Shown here piece after piece: positions 9,271 to 22,745 of a stretch of DNA of 33,207 nt. Origin of the DNA: Klebsormidium nitens (lineage: Eukaryota; Plantae; Klebsormidiophyceae); contig DF237725.1 of the NCBI GenBank assembly GCA_000708835.1, positions 1,949-35,155 of the forward strand, read 5' to 3'. Position 1 is the stretch's first letter, and every line of letters starts with the position of its first letter. A program made the translations under genes and the position numbers. Under the pieces are notes generated by a model. It was not told where the DNA came from, did no database searches, and was given only the letters and a program-made list of their open reading frames with translations.

Positions 9271-12200
9271 ATGGCAGATGAGGGCGAGGCCGTCACTCTG
9301 AGGCAGATTTCACGAAGCCGTAAGTTGACGCAAGTGGGCCTAAGGATTGTGAAGTCTAGCTCAGTCGTCTCTGCTTGATGACAGGGCCAACTGGCAATAG
9401 ACCGAGCTCTGAAGCTTTAGGAGCTGTGAGATGCGTGGCATGATAATCTTGCTTGCAATGCTGTCAGAATCATGCTGCAAATATGGGGTCATGGCCTCAT
9501 AGCCTCTGCAGGCAGTCCCCCTGTATACAGGCCTCTATGTGTGCGCAGCCTGACTGCCTTGTGTTGCTTGCTGTCAGGGGTGCTGCATGAGATGCTGCGC
9601 AGCGTTCGGGGTGGAGCAGCAGACTGGAAGGTGGGCATGCTGCTTCCTACTCAAGCGGCGAGCAATTCTAGGGTTGACACCACACCTGCTGCTCCACCTG
9701 ACCATGTTCTAGATTGCGCTGATTGACAATAACTTGTGTGCGCAAGCGACTGGAGGGGGGCTGCTCTGGCAGTTGCCAGGGGCGCCACCTGTGAGAAGCA
9801 CGTGCTTCGTGGGGCATGTTCAACGGGTGGTCGTTGTCCAACAATGCCAACTCTGATTCTGGCAGCAGCTCGAAGGTTCCAATTTAGCAGCACAGCTCTT
9901 GTTGAGGTCCTCCCTCCCACTGATGCGAGGAGCTGTGGGCTCGCTGACACTGGAGCGCTTGCGTACAGGTGCTGATCACGGACGAGGTGACGGTCAAGGT
10001 GCTGTCTGCCTGTGTCAAGATGACCGACATCCAGGACGAGGGCATCTCAGGTCAGCTCGCAACGAGCCACCTTAGCGCTGTGCCACATGCTTGCTCGTCT
10101 AAAGTACACCCAGAGCAGGACCCTCGCTTCACCAGAATTTCACGTTCTTGGTATCGGGTGACCCTGGACTCTGGCTGGCCCCCCTGCTGACCTGGTGCTG
10201 TGGCCTGCAGTGGTGGAGGACCTGAACAAGCGCCGCCAGCCGCTGACGCTGGACGCCATCTACTTCATCCAGCCCTCGCGCAACAGGTACCTTGTGCCCC
10301 TCACCTTCCGGCCCTGGAGCGAGCTACTTGGTGCTCTGAAACTAGGAAGACTGATGGACCAAGGAAGTACGGAGCGGCATGCTGCTGATGATGGTGGGGC
10401 CTGTCCAACCTGCACCGGGGGCATCTCCTGTATGGACAACTTGAAGCAGGGCGGCTTTCCATTTCCTGCCCCTGACCCTTTCTCTGCCTTGAGCGTTGCA
10501 GCGTGAAGCGGTTGATTGAGGACATGGCTGGCAAGGCCCCGCTGTACACGCGCGCGCACGTCTTCTTCAGCTCCCCCCTGCCGCGCGACCTGCTGGCCGG
10601 CATCCGCGCGGACGCGGGCCTGCTGCGGCGCCTGGCCAAGCTGGCCGAGTTCAACCTGGAGTACCTGGCCGTGGACCAGCACGCGTTCGTCACGGATCAC
10701 CCGGATGCGCTGGCCGCTCTCTTTGGGGACGCCCCGGACGGCGGTGCGCAGTACAAGGCCACCATTGAAAGCATTGCGGCGCGGCTGGCCACCCTGTTTG
10801 GCGGTCTCAAGGAGTTTCCAGCCATCCGCTATCGCAAGGCGCGCACCGAGGGCGGCGCTGTGTCGGGCCGCGATCTAGTCCCTACGCAGCTGGCCAGCGC
10901 GCTCTGGGACCGCATCTTCCGCCTCAAGCAGTCCCTGCCCGGCTTCCCATCCGTCGAGACCTGCGACCTGCTCATTGTTGACCGCTCGATCGATCCGGTG
11001 AGGGGAACAACATGGAATGAGCCAGCCGGGCTGAGTTCCAAAAAGGAGGCGTCATAGTTTCGACCTGTTTTGGTGCTGATGAGCAAGAACCGGGGCTGTA
11101 AGGAAAAGGCAATGGGCCCTCAGCGAGATATAGACCTAGACCGAGGTGGTCCATATGACCGAGGTGGTCTACATCTCGCTGTGTTGATTTTTGAATCGGC
11201 TTTAGGATTGGTCAGCGGTTGGACCAGGCTTCTCTTTGACAACGACGGCCTGTGCCCCTGACTGCGCTGGTGCTTGTGCAGATTGCCCCGGTCATCCATG
11301 AGTGGACGTACGACGCCATGCTGCACGACCTGATTGAGCTTGACGAGCACAACACCTTCAAATACGACGTGAGCCATGGCACGCACCAGCGCAATGTTCG
11401 CCATCTGGCGGTTGCCTGCCGACCTCTTGCGGAATTCGGAAAGCCAAATTGCTTGTCGCTTTTTCGAGGTATGCTTCAGGCTTAGGGGCCGCACGTGCGT
11501 GTTGTTGTATAGGTGGTGACGAACGCGGGCAAGTCGGAGACGCGCACGGCGGTGATTGACGACCACGACATGCTGTGGCAAGAGCTGCGCAACCTGCACA
11601 TCGCCGAGGTCAGCGCGCACTGCTCCCGGGCGGCCAGCAAGAACAGCCTTGCCTGGAGTCTTGCGATGTGCATAAGTCACGGCGACTGTTAATAGTCGTC
11701 GTCGACTTGGCTTTTCTGGTTCAGTGTCGTGCGCTCTCGGCCTGGCGGATGTTGTCATTAGGGGGGGGAGCTCGAAAGTGGCCCTCGTTGCAGTGACTGT
11801 TCTGACCTACTTGGCAGTTCTGGTTCTGAGAAAGGGCCTGGAGACGATGCTTCTACTTGAGCTGCGTCAACTTGGATCCTCTCCTCCGCTGGCTCGTGTT
11901 CCTGCATCCCGTCATAGCCAAATGTTGCAGCTCCTGATCAAGAAGTCTACTTGGTCGCAAAGGGAGTCAGGGATAGATGCAACGAAGTAGATGTAAAGAG
12001 ATCTGAGACCTGGTCCTTCTGCTCTTCTTGTCACTAGTTTGCCCCGTTGAGCGGTGGCGGCTTTCTGTGAAAGGTTTTCTAAAGTCCCTCAAACATGCAG
12101 GATTGAGGAATTCTTGCAGTTCCACTCCGGCAAACAGACCCTTCCTCGAAATGCCGCGTTGCCTTCCTTATCGCGCTGTCTCATTTCCGGATCGTGCTTC

Positions 12201-14175
12201 CCTTCGCAGGCCAACATTCGGATCAGCGACAAGACGCAGCAGTTCAACTCGGTGAACAAGGCGGCCCAAGTGAGAAAAGGCACCCGGTGAGGCTCCGGCG
12301 TTCCCGTGCGGATGCTGCTCGCCTCGTCAGGTTGCTGATGTGTGCACTGAGCCGTCTTTCGTCGTGATCGGTGGTGGGTGGCCTGCGCTGCGGCGTGACG
12401 GGTGCGGCGTGTGTGCGGTGCGCGCAGGGACGGCGGCGCCAACTTCAAGGACATGCGCAGCATCGTGCAGAACCTGCAGGCGGGCTACCGCGACCAGCTG
12501 ACCAAGCTGAACCTGCACGCCGAAATCGCGACCAAGCTCAACACGCGCATCGCGGAGGAGAAGCTGAGCGCCATTGGCAACCTGGAGCAGGACCTCGTCT
12601 TTGGGGACGCCTCCTCCAAGGAGCTCATCGGCCTCGTCAACAGCAATCCAGTGAGCCCGCCCGCGCTGCGCGCATTGAAAGCCAATGGCGCACACTTGTC
12701 TTCTCGGGCATCTTCGAGGCTGCTCTTGCGGGTGCTCCCCCATGCAGTGCTCTCTGCTTCGAACCTGTACTCTGAAGGCGCTCGGGCTCGGCCCTCCCGG
12801 CGGTCGGCGCCGAGGGGCGGTGGGTGACGCGGTGGCGGGGGTGCGTGCAGGAGATGCCGACGGAGGACAAGGTGCGGCTGCTGATGATCTACGCGGCCAC
12901 GCACCCCGAGAAGCTGGACGCCACCAAGCGGATGCAGTGGATGAAGCTGATGCGCCTCACCGGCGAGGACATGCACTGCGTCAACAACCTGGAGTACCTC
13001 GGCGTCGCCGTCTCCAAAAAGTCGTCCTCCTCCGGCTTCTCCCTCACCTTCGGCAAGCGCAAGGTCCGCACCCTGCCGCCAAATGCGAGCGTATGAAACA
13101 AGACAAGTATGAAACAATGGCGAACATCCATTGCCAGTGTCCCCTTGTCACCTTGCTCGTTGTCCACCTCGCGAGATGCTGACTTCTTCCAGGCCGCCCC
13201 TGTTCGCGTGCTCGGCTGAGCCTGAGCCGTGTTTGGCGGTGTTGGCAGGCGAAGCGGCCGGTGCGCAAGGAGCGCGCGGGCGAGGAGGAGGCGTGGTCGC
13301 TGTCGCGCTTCACGCCGCTGGTGCAGGACCTGGTGGAGGAGGTGGCGGAGGACAAGCTGCCGCGCGACCAGTACGCCTACGTCAAGGAGCCCGCGCAGCC
13401 CCCACAGCGCGCCGCCAGGGACGACGCCGCCGCCGCAGCCAGCAGGGCTGCCGCACGGCCCAGCGCGCGCACCGCCCGGACAGCCAACTGGGCCAAGAAC
13501 ACATCCAAGGAAGAGTGAGGAGCACCGACTGCATCCGAGGTTAACATGTGGAACCATACGCCCGACCTAGATACATGTGCCCTAAGAAACCCGCCAGGAT
13601 AATCTGGTCGTGTGGTCGTGTATATTGTCGACGCTGTCGTTGGCCCTTGGCATTGCGTTCCTCCTCGACGTACACCTGATACTGTACGCTGATCGACAGA
13701 GCGCCCTTTCGCTGCCCCGCTGACCTGCTGCGGCCGTGCTCCGTGTGCAGGGAGTCTGGGCGGGCGGGCTCCTCCAGCGGCGCGGCGGTGCGGGGGCGGC
13801 GGATCGTGGTGTTCATCGTGGGCGGGATGACGCGGTCGGAGGTGCGCGTGGCGCACAAGCTGACCGCGACGCTGCAGCAGGAGGTCATCCTGGGGTCCAC
13901 CAGCATCGATGCGCCCCACACCTTCCTCCAGGTCAGCGCGCCCCCGCAAGCATCCACTGACGAGCCGGCCCAGCCAAAAACGCCGATGTCACCCGGGGCT
14001 TCAACCAGGGTGCTGATTCCTGGCGCTGTTCTCTGCTCGAACAAGAGGCTGAAATGGTACCGCGGCGCCTTGTCTCGCTGCTAGACCTCTTTATTGCTCC
14101 ATTCTAACCCGCCTTGCCGGTCGTCATGTGCAGCGCGTAAAGCATCTGAGCACCCTGGACGACGTGGACCTCTGA
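9271..14175 (+). CDS. SEC1: SM-family SNARE-interacting protein, SEC1/KEULE/Munc18-like; 13 exons (9271-9319, 9578-9630, 9969-10050, 10211-10286, 10502-10997, 11282-11368, 11513-11608, 12210-12286, 12428-12650, 12851-13063, 13249-13514, 13751-13931, 14134-14175)
   Basis: Spliced translation gives [76 protein letters not shown] and [16 protein letters not shown]. All junctions are GT-AG and phase-consistent. Confidence 0.95.
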
Positions 14176-15886
14176 TCTGACGGTCCGCAGCTTGACGGCC
14201 TTTCAATAAGGACTACCAGTTCCGGGTCTGAAGACAGTGCCTATAGAGGGTGCCTGGCGAGGCACCATTGGGTTTGTTTTGTAAATATAGGCGGCAGAGT
14301 ATTTCGGGCGGAAGTAAGGGTGACTACAAGGAAACCAAGGAAACGAGGCTCGCGGGTCCTACCTTCAGGCAATTATAACCTGATCCTTGTTGTGTTGCCG
14401 TTTCCAGCCTGTCAGCCCAAGTTCCTGAGAACGTGGAGGCATCCAATATTCGATAACGTTTGTAACTTCGTACAACAGTCATCTATGAAGAGTGAGGACA
14501 GCATTACATGCTCTAGCGTCGTTCTTTCGCAGATGAAGCGCAACCCCTGAGCCTGTCCCGAAAGGGCTAGTATTCAACTTCAGATTCTACCCGATCGCTC
14601 TACTTCCAGATTCATGCAATTCAACGTGCTGTGGGCACCCATGTTGGTTGGTAGCCTAGTAGGATCCGAAACAGGCTCACGGCGGCCCAAACATGTTTGA
14701 CGTGACCCTGATTCAGCACAAGGCTACCATGTCAGCGGCTGGACGTTAGCTACTGCCGCCATAGCTGTAGTGCCAGCGTGCAAGTCCTTCGAAAGCTGAA
14801 GGTCTAGCTAGGCTACGTTCGATCAATCCGTCGGATGCATGATCAGGAAATTCATACGTGTACTTTGGCGGTACGTGCATGACTCTAGCTGGATCTAGCT
14901 GCAATGATCAGTGCATGTCTTGAGGCGGCTCGAATGCACGGCCATACGTATTTGCATCAGTGCTGCAACATGTTTTCTTATAACAACTAGCTGCGATCGC
15001 CATATTGTGCCCATGGTCACTCAAGTCATGGCATGTCCTGATCAAGACTATCTTGTAGCTACGTACGTTAGCCTGTATGCATACAATACTATAGCTAATT
15101 CAGGCTAAGTACAACACTATCTGCCAAAATTCTCTTCTGGACGTACATCACAAACGTCCCATATAGTACAATATAGGTTACCGCGGCGGCGGCCGCCCAT
15201 CATATATGCATGGCACTCAATCCACTTCTCAACTTAGTTTTAATGTCGGATGCACCGTCATATGTACGTACATATGTGCTCTTAATTGAGCACAGTGTGA
15301 CATGTTCGAGTCGGTCACATGTTTTGTGAGGGTTGCACTTGAGGTCACGTACGCAGGGCACGCGTACTTGAACGTTAAGCCCCAGGACGAAGTGAGGCGG
15401 CGGCCGGGCCGGTGAGAAGGGGGTACGTTGAGTTACTCTGCATCTTGCCGCCGTACAATCATTTGTAAGTCCTGCTGATCATTTATAAACCATTTGTTTA
15501 GATGCACCAAGGCAAGCACTGCAATAACATGTGCATTTCATGAGCTAGCTCGCCTTCTTCAAGACAAGACTCAGAAGGAAAGTAGCATGCGCCACTTTCC
15601 TTACATGGTACCATGTTATTGTTGATTTGTAGTGAATAGGATTGGAACGCATCAAACGGGTCATGTTATTTCGACTCGAGAGGTACTTTGTCGGACAGTA
15701 CGTCGTGAACATGTTTTTCAAAATCATGTGAGTGTCCAAGTCCATGGACGCAGGATTATGCTGAGAATTACCTCTTCACCGGAGCATCAGTCCGAACTGG
15801 CCTTGAGCTTGATCAGCGCGTTGGTGATGCGTTTTTAAGCAGGTCTTTCGTTAAGAGTCTGCACCGACGCTGCCCCACTGCGTGCC

Positions 15887-18800
15887 TCATTGCCCCGACG
15901 CTGCTCCCGCCCACCTGTCCTGCATGTCCAGGATGTCCGCCAGGACGCCGGCCGCAGTGGTGTCGTTGCCCGCGCCCGCCCCTTGGATCACCAGCGGGCT
16001 GCTCGCGTAACACCGGCTGCTGATGGCCACCTGCGAGCACCGCCAGCGTCTTGCTCACCCACAATGCTTCAAGACACTTTGTGCAGACCCGAGGCAGGAC
16101 ACCTTGACTCCTGTCTGCTGACTCAACCAACTTATGGTGATACGCGAGCGCACAATCGATGCCCTAGCCTACAAACCGGTCTTCGTCTCGCTATTGGGGC
16201 AACATCAAATATCCAGGCTCAGCAATGACTCCTCAGAACACTGTCGCCGGACATCCGGCAGCTGGCGGTGGCGTCATGTCCCGCTTGTGCACACATGTTC
16301 AGGTGGGGTGGGTTCGAGGACGGAGCCCCAACTCTCCCTTTCCGGACTCGGTTGGGGACGCTTGAGCCTCATGCAAGACACCAGGCTGCAGAACTGATCC
16401 TTTTGCAGAATGTCCCATCTTACTCGACTGCTTCATCGGGGCTCCCATCCTCAGCTGCATTAGTTTGTGGTCCGGGACCTTGAGGCTGTTCTCTTCGATC
16501 TAACGCTTTGCCACACACGCACGAGCCTCACCAGGTTGTCGGAGCCCTTGAGGCGCCCGAGGGGACTGTCCGGAGCCACCGCCAGCAGGCCCACCCGACA
16601 GCTGCCCTCGCACAGACAGCGGACAAGCAGGGAGCAGTGAGGCCAGGGGTGCGCCTCGCGGGCAGCGGCACCGGCGGCTGGCCCGCTGAATAACCTGGGG
16701 GGACTAGGGCCATGTGCCACGGCATTCCCGGAGCGCGGCCATGCCGGAGCCGAGCGGCACACTTCCGTGTTGAACAATTTATGACATTTTGCAACCCTAT
16801 GTCGAAGCAGGAAGCGCATCTTGTCTACTCCGGCGGGCGTGCCGCCGCCTTTGCTGACCTGCCGCCCTCGATGGTGGCCGCGTAGCGCAGCACGTTGCCG
16901 TCTCGGCGCGCTGCGGCACAGCGCTGCGCCATGGCGTCATCCAGGGTGGGCAGGCCAGCCTCCAGGAAGAGCGGCAGGGGCATGGCCGCGGGGGCCAGGT
17001 GAGGGGGGACCAGGCTCTCCACCGCCACGTCCGCCAGCTCCAGGCGCCAGCCCAGCTTGCGCGCCAGGATCAGGGCCTGCCATCAGGGGACCAGCAGTTA
17101 CCGGCGAGCAGGCAGAGCCAGAGCACACAGGCCAGCGCGTGGATAGGGTATCAATTGAAAGTACCCCACGGACAAGCACACCGGGCATGAGCACGAGTGC
17201 GCAGCTAGCATGGGGCAGGCCTGGTGCACCTTCCTGGCGACGTCCGTCCCGGCCAGGTCGTCACGGGGGTCCTGCAGGGCACAACCAGGATGCGTCAATG
17301 TATGTACTGCAGAACGCCAGACGCGACAACAATCCGCTGGAAGCAGAGTTCTCAGCTCGCAGATTCTCTCTTGTTAAGGAGAAACAATGGCTATATAACT
17401 CCATCTGCCCTATGTTACCCTGTGTTATCTGTGCCCTTTCAAGAGCTTTGGCTTGAGCGACGTCCTCACTGGTTCGGTGTAGCCGGCCGCCTTGGCCGCG
17501 CGCACCACCTCGCTCAGCGGCCGCCCCTCCTCCAGCCCCGCCATGACATACCCCAGCGTGCCTGCACAACGCAAGCTGGGGCTGGGCGTCAGGGTTTAAC
17601 ACCGGAGCCCACCAGCAAGGGCTACCCAATGTTTGTGAGCCACCCACACACGCCTGCACGTGGTTGCTCCTGCCCACTGACATGCTGACACGAGTTTTGG
17701 GCACCCACCGCTGAGTGCCCCCGCGATGCGCTGGATCTCGTCCCCTGCCCCCAGCATGCGGTCCAGCGTCCCCAGCACCGGCAGCCCCGCACCGCAGGTC
17801 GCCTCGTAGCGGACTCGCCGCCCTGCGCGCAGCACCGCGTCGTACACAGCCTGCCAATGGCAAAGCGCATTGGCTGCGGGGGCCATGATGAACAAAACAA
17901 GGGCTTAGCAGCAGGAAGAGGCGCGGCCACCTTGCAGAGTTGAACATCTGCACTGTTCACCTACTAGTAGACTGTTGCTCTGCTGCCAGGGTTGATGCGA
18001 GTGACCAGGGCCTTGCCTCACAGATGGCATGGCTCACCAGCGAGTCGGTGAGCGGCTTCTTGTTGGCCAGCACGAGGCCGGCCAGGCGGGGCAGCGCCTG
18101 GACCAGGGTGCAGCCCAGGTCGGCGGTGCTGGTGCAGTCCACGTAGACGCGGGAAGCACCGCCGGCGGGGGGAAGGAGGCTCTCGAATGAACCCCCATGT
18201 GCGTGGGAAGTGAGTCGCTTATTTGTTTCTGCAGACAGAGGAAAGGGCCTCCTAACATGCAAGATAGCACAATGGTGCCTTGCCCAACCACGAATTGCGG
18301 AACGGGGCATACTAAGGCCTACTTGGAAGCACAGATGGGTTTACAGTAATGCTTGAGCATCTTGCCCAGTATCCTGAAACCTCGGATGGAAGTGTTAGCA
18401 GCCCACCACAACAGACTTCGTTCTGTCCGTGTCTGATGCTCAAGAGAGCCCCTGGTTGCTTTTTCCATCATTCAAGAGGTGTGCCCCACTTCCTCAAAGC
18501 TGCATTGACAATTGTGGGGTCAACGAAAGGCCCACCAGATGACGACAGCGATGAGAGCGGCCGCCTCGCAGCCTTCGCTTCCACGATAGCCCTCAGTTCC
18601 GGGTCAGCAATGCCGCCAGGTGACCAGTCGGTCAGGATGTGCTGTGAATCGACGACAGCGTGCACCACCACGCGGAGGCCACCCTGCAGCAACCCGGAAG
18701 AAGCGGGAGCCAAATGTCAGCCCCTGGCTCTGCACAGGTTGCCAAGGCTCGCATTTCCAGCTGCAGACAGTCAGCTCCGTTTGTAATGGGCGGACAGCCG

Positions 18801-19058
18801 GTGGCACCAGTGGAACAGCGGCTGCCACCTGTTTGCCAGCTCCAGACTGTTAGCCGCTTGATCACAGCTCGAAGAAAGCTACGACTGTAGACCAAGCAGC
18901 GCACAGAGTCGACGCACCTGGGCGAGCGACTCCCTGGTGCGCAGAATGTGCTGCAGCAAGGTGCGGCCCACGCCCCCCAGCCCGAGCACCACCACAGGAA
19001 TGGCAGGGCACACGGCATCAGGGGCCGGCCTGCCGCCTGGCGGACTGGCGGCGGTCAT
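15887..19058 (-). CDS. Standalone homoserine dehydrogenase-like protein (~9 exons; C-terminus ambiguous, alternative stop at 15813)
   Basis: VVVLGLGGVGRTLL (Rossmann fold), [85 protein letters not shown]. Confidence 0.9.
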
Positions 19059-19736
19059 TGCAGCCACTGTACCAGCGTCGGCCAGCCCCAGGGCAGCCCT
19101 TCACCAGCAGCGAGAGGAGAGGGTCCTGGCTTCAACGAAACTTTTCTCCCGAAGTAGCGCTTGTGCTTTTGCCAGCTAGCTAAAAAACGTATGCAGCTTC
19201 CATACCATCATCAATACAGTATACTATACGTACAGATCTAACAGGAAGAGTCGGAGGTCCCCCCCCCATGAAGAAGTGGCCCAGCCATTGGTCCGAGTAT
19301 GAGAAGCGACCAGCAGGAAAACCGGTTTGAAACCGCGATCGCGGTTCTTGACGGATCAAGGTGGGCTTCTTTGTAGATACATACCGGAATTACGTTTGTG
19401 AACGTACGTCAGATAATGCTCGGAAACCGGTAGGATCAACGGCAGAGTACCAGCCGGATCAATCGCCAAACGGCCCGGTATTCCTCATGCTTCCCCCCCG
19501 GCCGGAAAGATCTCAACTAGATACGTATTAGAGTTGTATACCGTATACGTAGGGGTACTGAAGCAGCATGCTGAGCGTTGTGTATCCCAAGAATCCTCAA
19601 CAGTGGTGGCGCATGGTGTGTAAGTGAGCTTTGCGCCCACAAAAGTGTCGATCCGCTCCTGGAGCATGCGGACTACAGCCGCGCTGGGGTGTCGCCGCTG
19701 CGGAGGTGCTGTGGCGGTTGAGTGGTGGTGGCGGTG

Positions 19737-22274
19737 ATGGACACGGTGACACAGAGCGTGGGGATCAGCCGCCTGCTGAAACCCCCATTAGATGCCAGTG
19801 CACCGGTGTGTGTCTTCTGGGACTTTGAGAACTGCCATGCGCCCAGCGACGTGGACCCTGACGCCATTGCTGGGAACATTCGCGCGGCGCTGCTGGACTA
19901 CGGCCTGACGGGGCCGCTCACCATCTGCGCCTATGGCAACCTGGCCGTGCTGGCACGCAGGACGCAGGTGAGCCACAGTCACTTGTGAGTATAACGATGG
20001 CATGTGGCGCCACACCACCTTTTAGATCGCTGATAGGTGCTGACGACTGCTTCAGGCGAGCTGCGCGACTGATCACAGCCAATGACCGGCTCTGAACCGT
20101 CCGCCACATGATGTTGCCCTGTCCCAGCACTCCGTTTGGCTTGTTTGGAAAGGCCAGATCAAGGCGTTCAGAGTGCGTGGTCCTGGCAGCAGTTGGTAGC
20201 AAGTGTAGTGTTGACTCTAGTCCTCTTCCTGCCAGGTGGGCCTGATCAACAGCGGAGTGTCGGTGAGGGACGTCCCTCCTGGTGAGTGGCCCACCGCAGC
20301 CTCATGGCCCACTGCTGGAGGTTGCAGCGCGAGGATAGAATCGCCCCTCCTATCAACTTGAAGGAGAAGGTGCCTGGCATGACACGTCTATGTGTGCATC
20401 GCGGTGGTGGTGTGTCCATGTTCAGCTAGGAACTGTTCAGCCCGGAACTGATTCCGCAGCTTCTTCAGCCCTTTGTGTTGCCTTAGCCCTTTGAGCTTCG
20501 CCTTGAATGCTGCAACCGTTGAGACACCTCCATCATTGGCAATCTAGTGTTCTTTTACCTGCAGACGGCAAGAAAGAGACGACGGACAAGCGCATCCTGA
20601 CGGACCTCATGTTGCACGCATGTGAGTAGGCACATTGACCTGCAGTTGCTTGTGGGCGCGTGCAGCCTGTTTGATGTGGGTCAAGCTCCAAGCAGCCTGC
20701 CCAAAGAAGTTCCTTTGGTAGTGCAGGTCTGCCTGTGCTCGCCGCGTGCAGAGAGCTGGTTGTCTCCAATTGAAGTCTTGCAGCCATTTGCTCCGGCAAT
20801 CATCCAATGGGATGTTCTAAAATCCCGTAGGCGACACGCCGCCCCCAGCGCACATCCTGCTGGTGTCGGGCGATGAGGACTTTGCGTACGGCCTGCACCG
20901 CCTGGCCCTGCGCTGCTACCACGTGCACGTGGCGCTCAACCTGGAGGGTGGCGTCGTGGGCCAGCCTGCGCTGCAGCGCCTCACCGCCAGCGGTACTAAT
21001 TTGTGTCCCCTTTTCGCTAGAACGATTCCAAGGCTCCATCGTGCACGCGGCATTGTTCTATGTGGGGTAGAATCACTTGTGTTTCTAGGTTGTTCTAGCC
21101 GTATCCTTGCCTAAACACGTTCGTACTAGCATTATTCAACATAGAATGTACTCTAACACGACTCTGTACTCGGGGAACAAATTCAGGGCGCGCCTGGCAG
21201 TGGCAGGCCCTGGTGCGCGGGGATGTGGCGCCCATGCCCTTCACGGAGGCGCTCGGGGTGCCCACCTTCCCGGGGGTGGGCCAGTACCGTCAGGTGAGGC
21301 CCGCTGCGGACATATGAGGAGGCGTCCCGCGTGTTGGAGTGACACCTTCGCAGTCGAGGCGCCATGTAACCTCACCTGCTTAGCGGAAGGGGGATGGTGC
21401 GGTCGAGATCAAGCGGGTGTTGCCAGTGCTTCGAAATTTGGAATTCTCGAAATGGTTATCCTGACATCCATCTTTCTGTCCGTCAACATCTTCATCAATA
21501 AGGCTGAAAGCATGCCAACATCATAACAACTCCGTTGACTCACTTTGATTGGTCCACGCCTTGCAGTCCACTGCTCGTGAGAGAGCCCTCTCAGGTTCTG
21601 TTGAGGACAGGCCCGTCTTCGCTCCCTCAAAGGACGAGCCTGCCGAGGCGGGTTTCCGGGCGGGCCGGCCGCTGCGCGCGGATCAGCCGCACCCGGTGCC
21701 GGCGGCAATCAAACGGCAGGTGGCGGAGGTGCTGGACGACGCGCCCCCGCAGGGCATCAGCATGAGCGAGCTGCAGATGTTTTTGGCGCGGAAAGGGTTC
21801 ACGCTGGACTACCGCGGGCTGGGGTACAAGCAGCTGCTGACCATGATGCAGGCCATGCCCGACACCGTGGCCGTCAGCATCCCCGCAGAGAGGAGCACCA
21901 AGAAAAAGTACTTTCTTCGCCCAGCTGCGGCGCCAGAGTTTTTGCGGACGACTCCAAGCAGCAAGGTGCCTGGAGGTGGCCTCAGGGCGGACGTTAGTGT
22001 GGAGGTGATGAAAGAGGCCGCGGAAGCCAGAGGGTCGCCGCAAATGAGCGAGGTTCCAGAGAATTCAGGGACGAGCATAAAACACGAGGAAGAAGTTGGG
22101 GAGGGCAAATCACAGCGTGAGGCTGATGTTCGAGATCTGTTGATAAAGCCAAGACCTTTACGCACGGAAAGCAAACAAAGACCCTTGGCTAGCCTGGTTC
22201 AAGTGCCACTCTTTCGCAAGGTGCTGAACTCTGTTGGCGGATTGTTCGGAAGGAGACAGTCTAGACTTAGGTGA
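19737..22274 (+). CDS. NYN-domain ribonuclease with OST-HTH/LOTUS domain (MARF1/limkain-like); 6 exons
   Basis: VFWDFENC, DKRILTDLM, LLVSGDEDFAYGLHRL, AWQWQAL. The C-terminal GISMSELQMFL...LDYRGLGYKQLLTMMQAMPDTV matches a LOTUS pattern. Confidence 0.88.
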
Positions 22275-22729
22275 TCGGCCGTCGACTGCCAGGCGTTGGA
22301 TTTGGCAAAGGTTGTACGGTCTTGGTTATTCTTAGCCTGCATCGTAGCTCCAAACGTCACCGACACATGTCACGTTGGCTCTAAGTTCCAGGAAAACAGT
22401 GCGCGTATATTTTCGCATACGGTACGGCTGGCCCGGTGGCCCGCTATGGCCGGCGGGCACAAAAGTAAACATTCAATATCGTACAGCTGCGCTTGGACCG
22501 GACCTGCTAGGGCGGCCAGGTAACGTATGTATATATGGCATGCACTGATTTGCGCATGATGCATGGATGCTGTGATCGACTGCACGACAATTCTGCATGG
22601 TCGAGCGCTCATGCATGGTTCGGAATATTTGCGCGCAAGCTTGCATGGAACATTTCAGTATACTCAGTATATATGCTACCTATGATTAAAAAGTAGTACT
22701 TCTAAAGAGCAGCCCTGCCTGCCCACCTA

Positions 22730-22745
22730 GCGCGCGCGCGCGCGC
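22730..22745. repeat. (GC)8 dinucleotide microsatellite
   Basis: GCGCGCGCGCGCGCGC between two convergent 3' ends. Confidence 0.9.

Noticed and set aside
11139-11169. GACCGAGGTGGTC direct repeat in a SEC1 intron
   Set aside because: A short local duplication with no further structure.
14200-15800. tRNA, snRNA or other ncRNA in intergenic regions
   Set aside because: I could not recognise a cloverleaf, A/B boxes or known snRNA sequence by eye. A covariance-model search is needed to exclude them.
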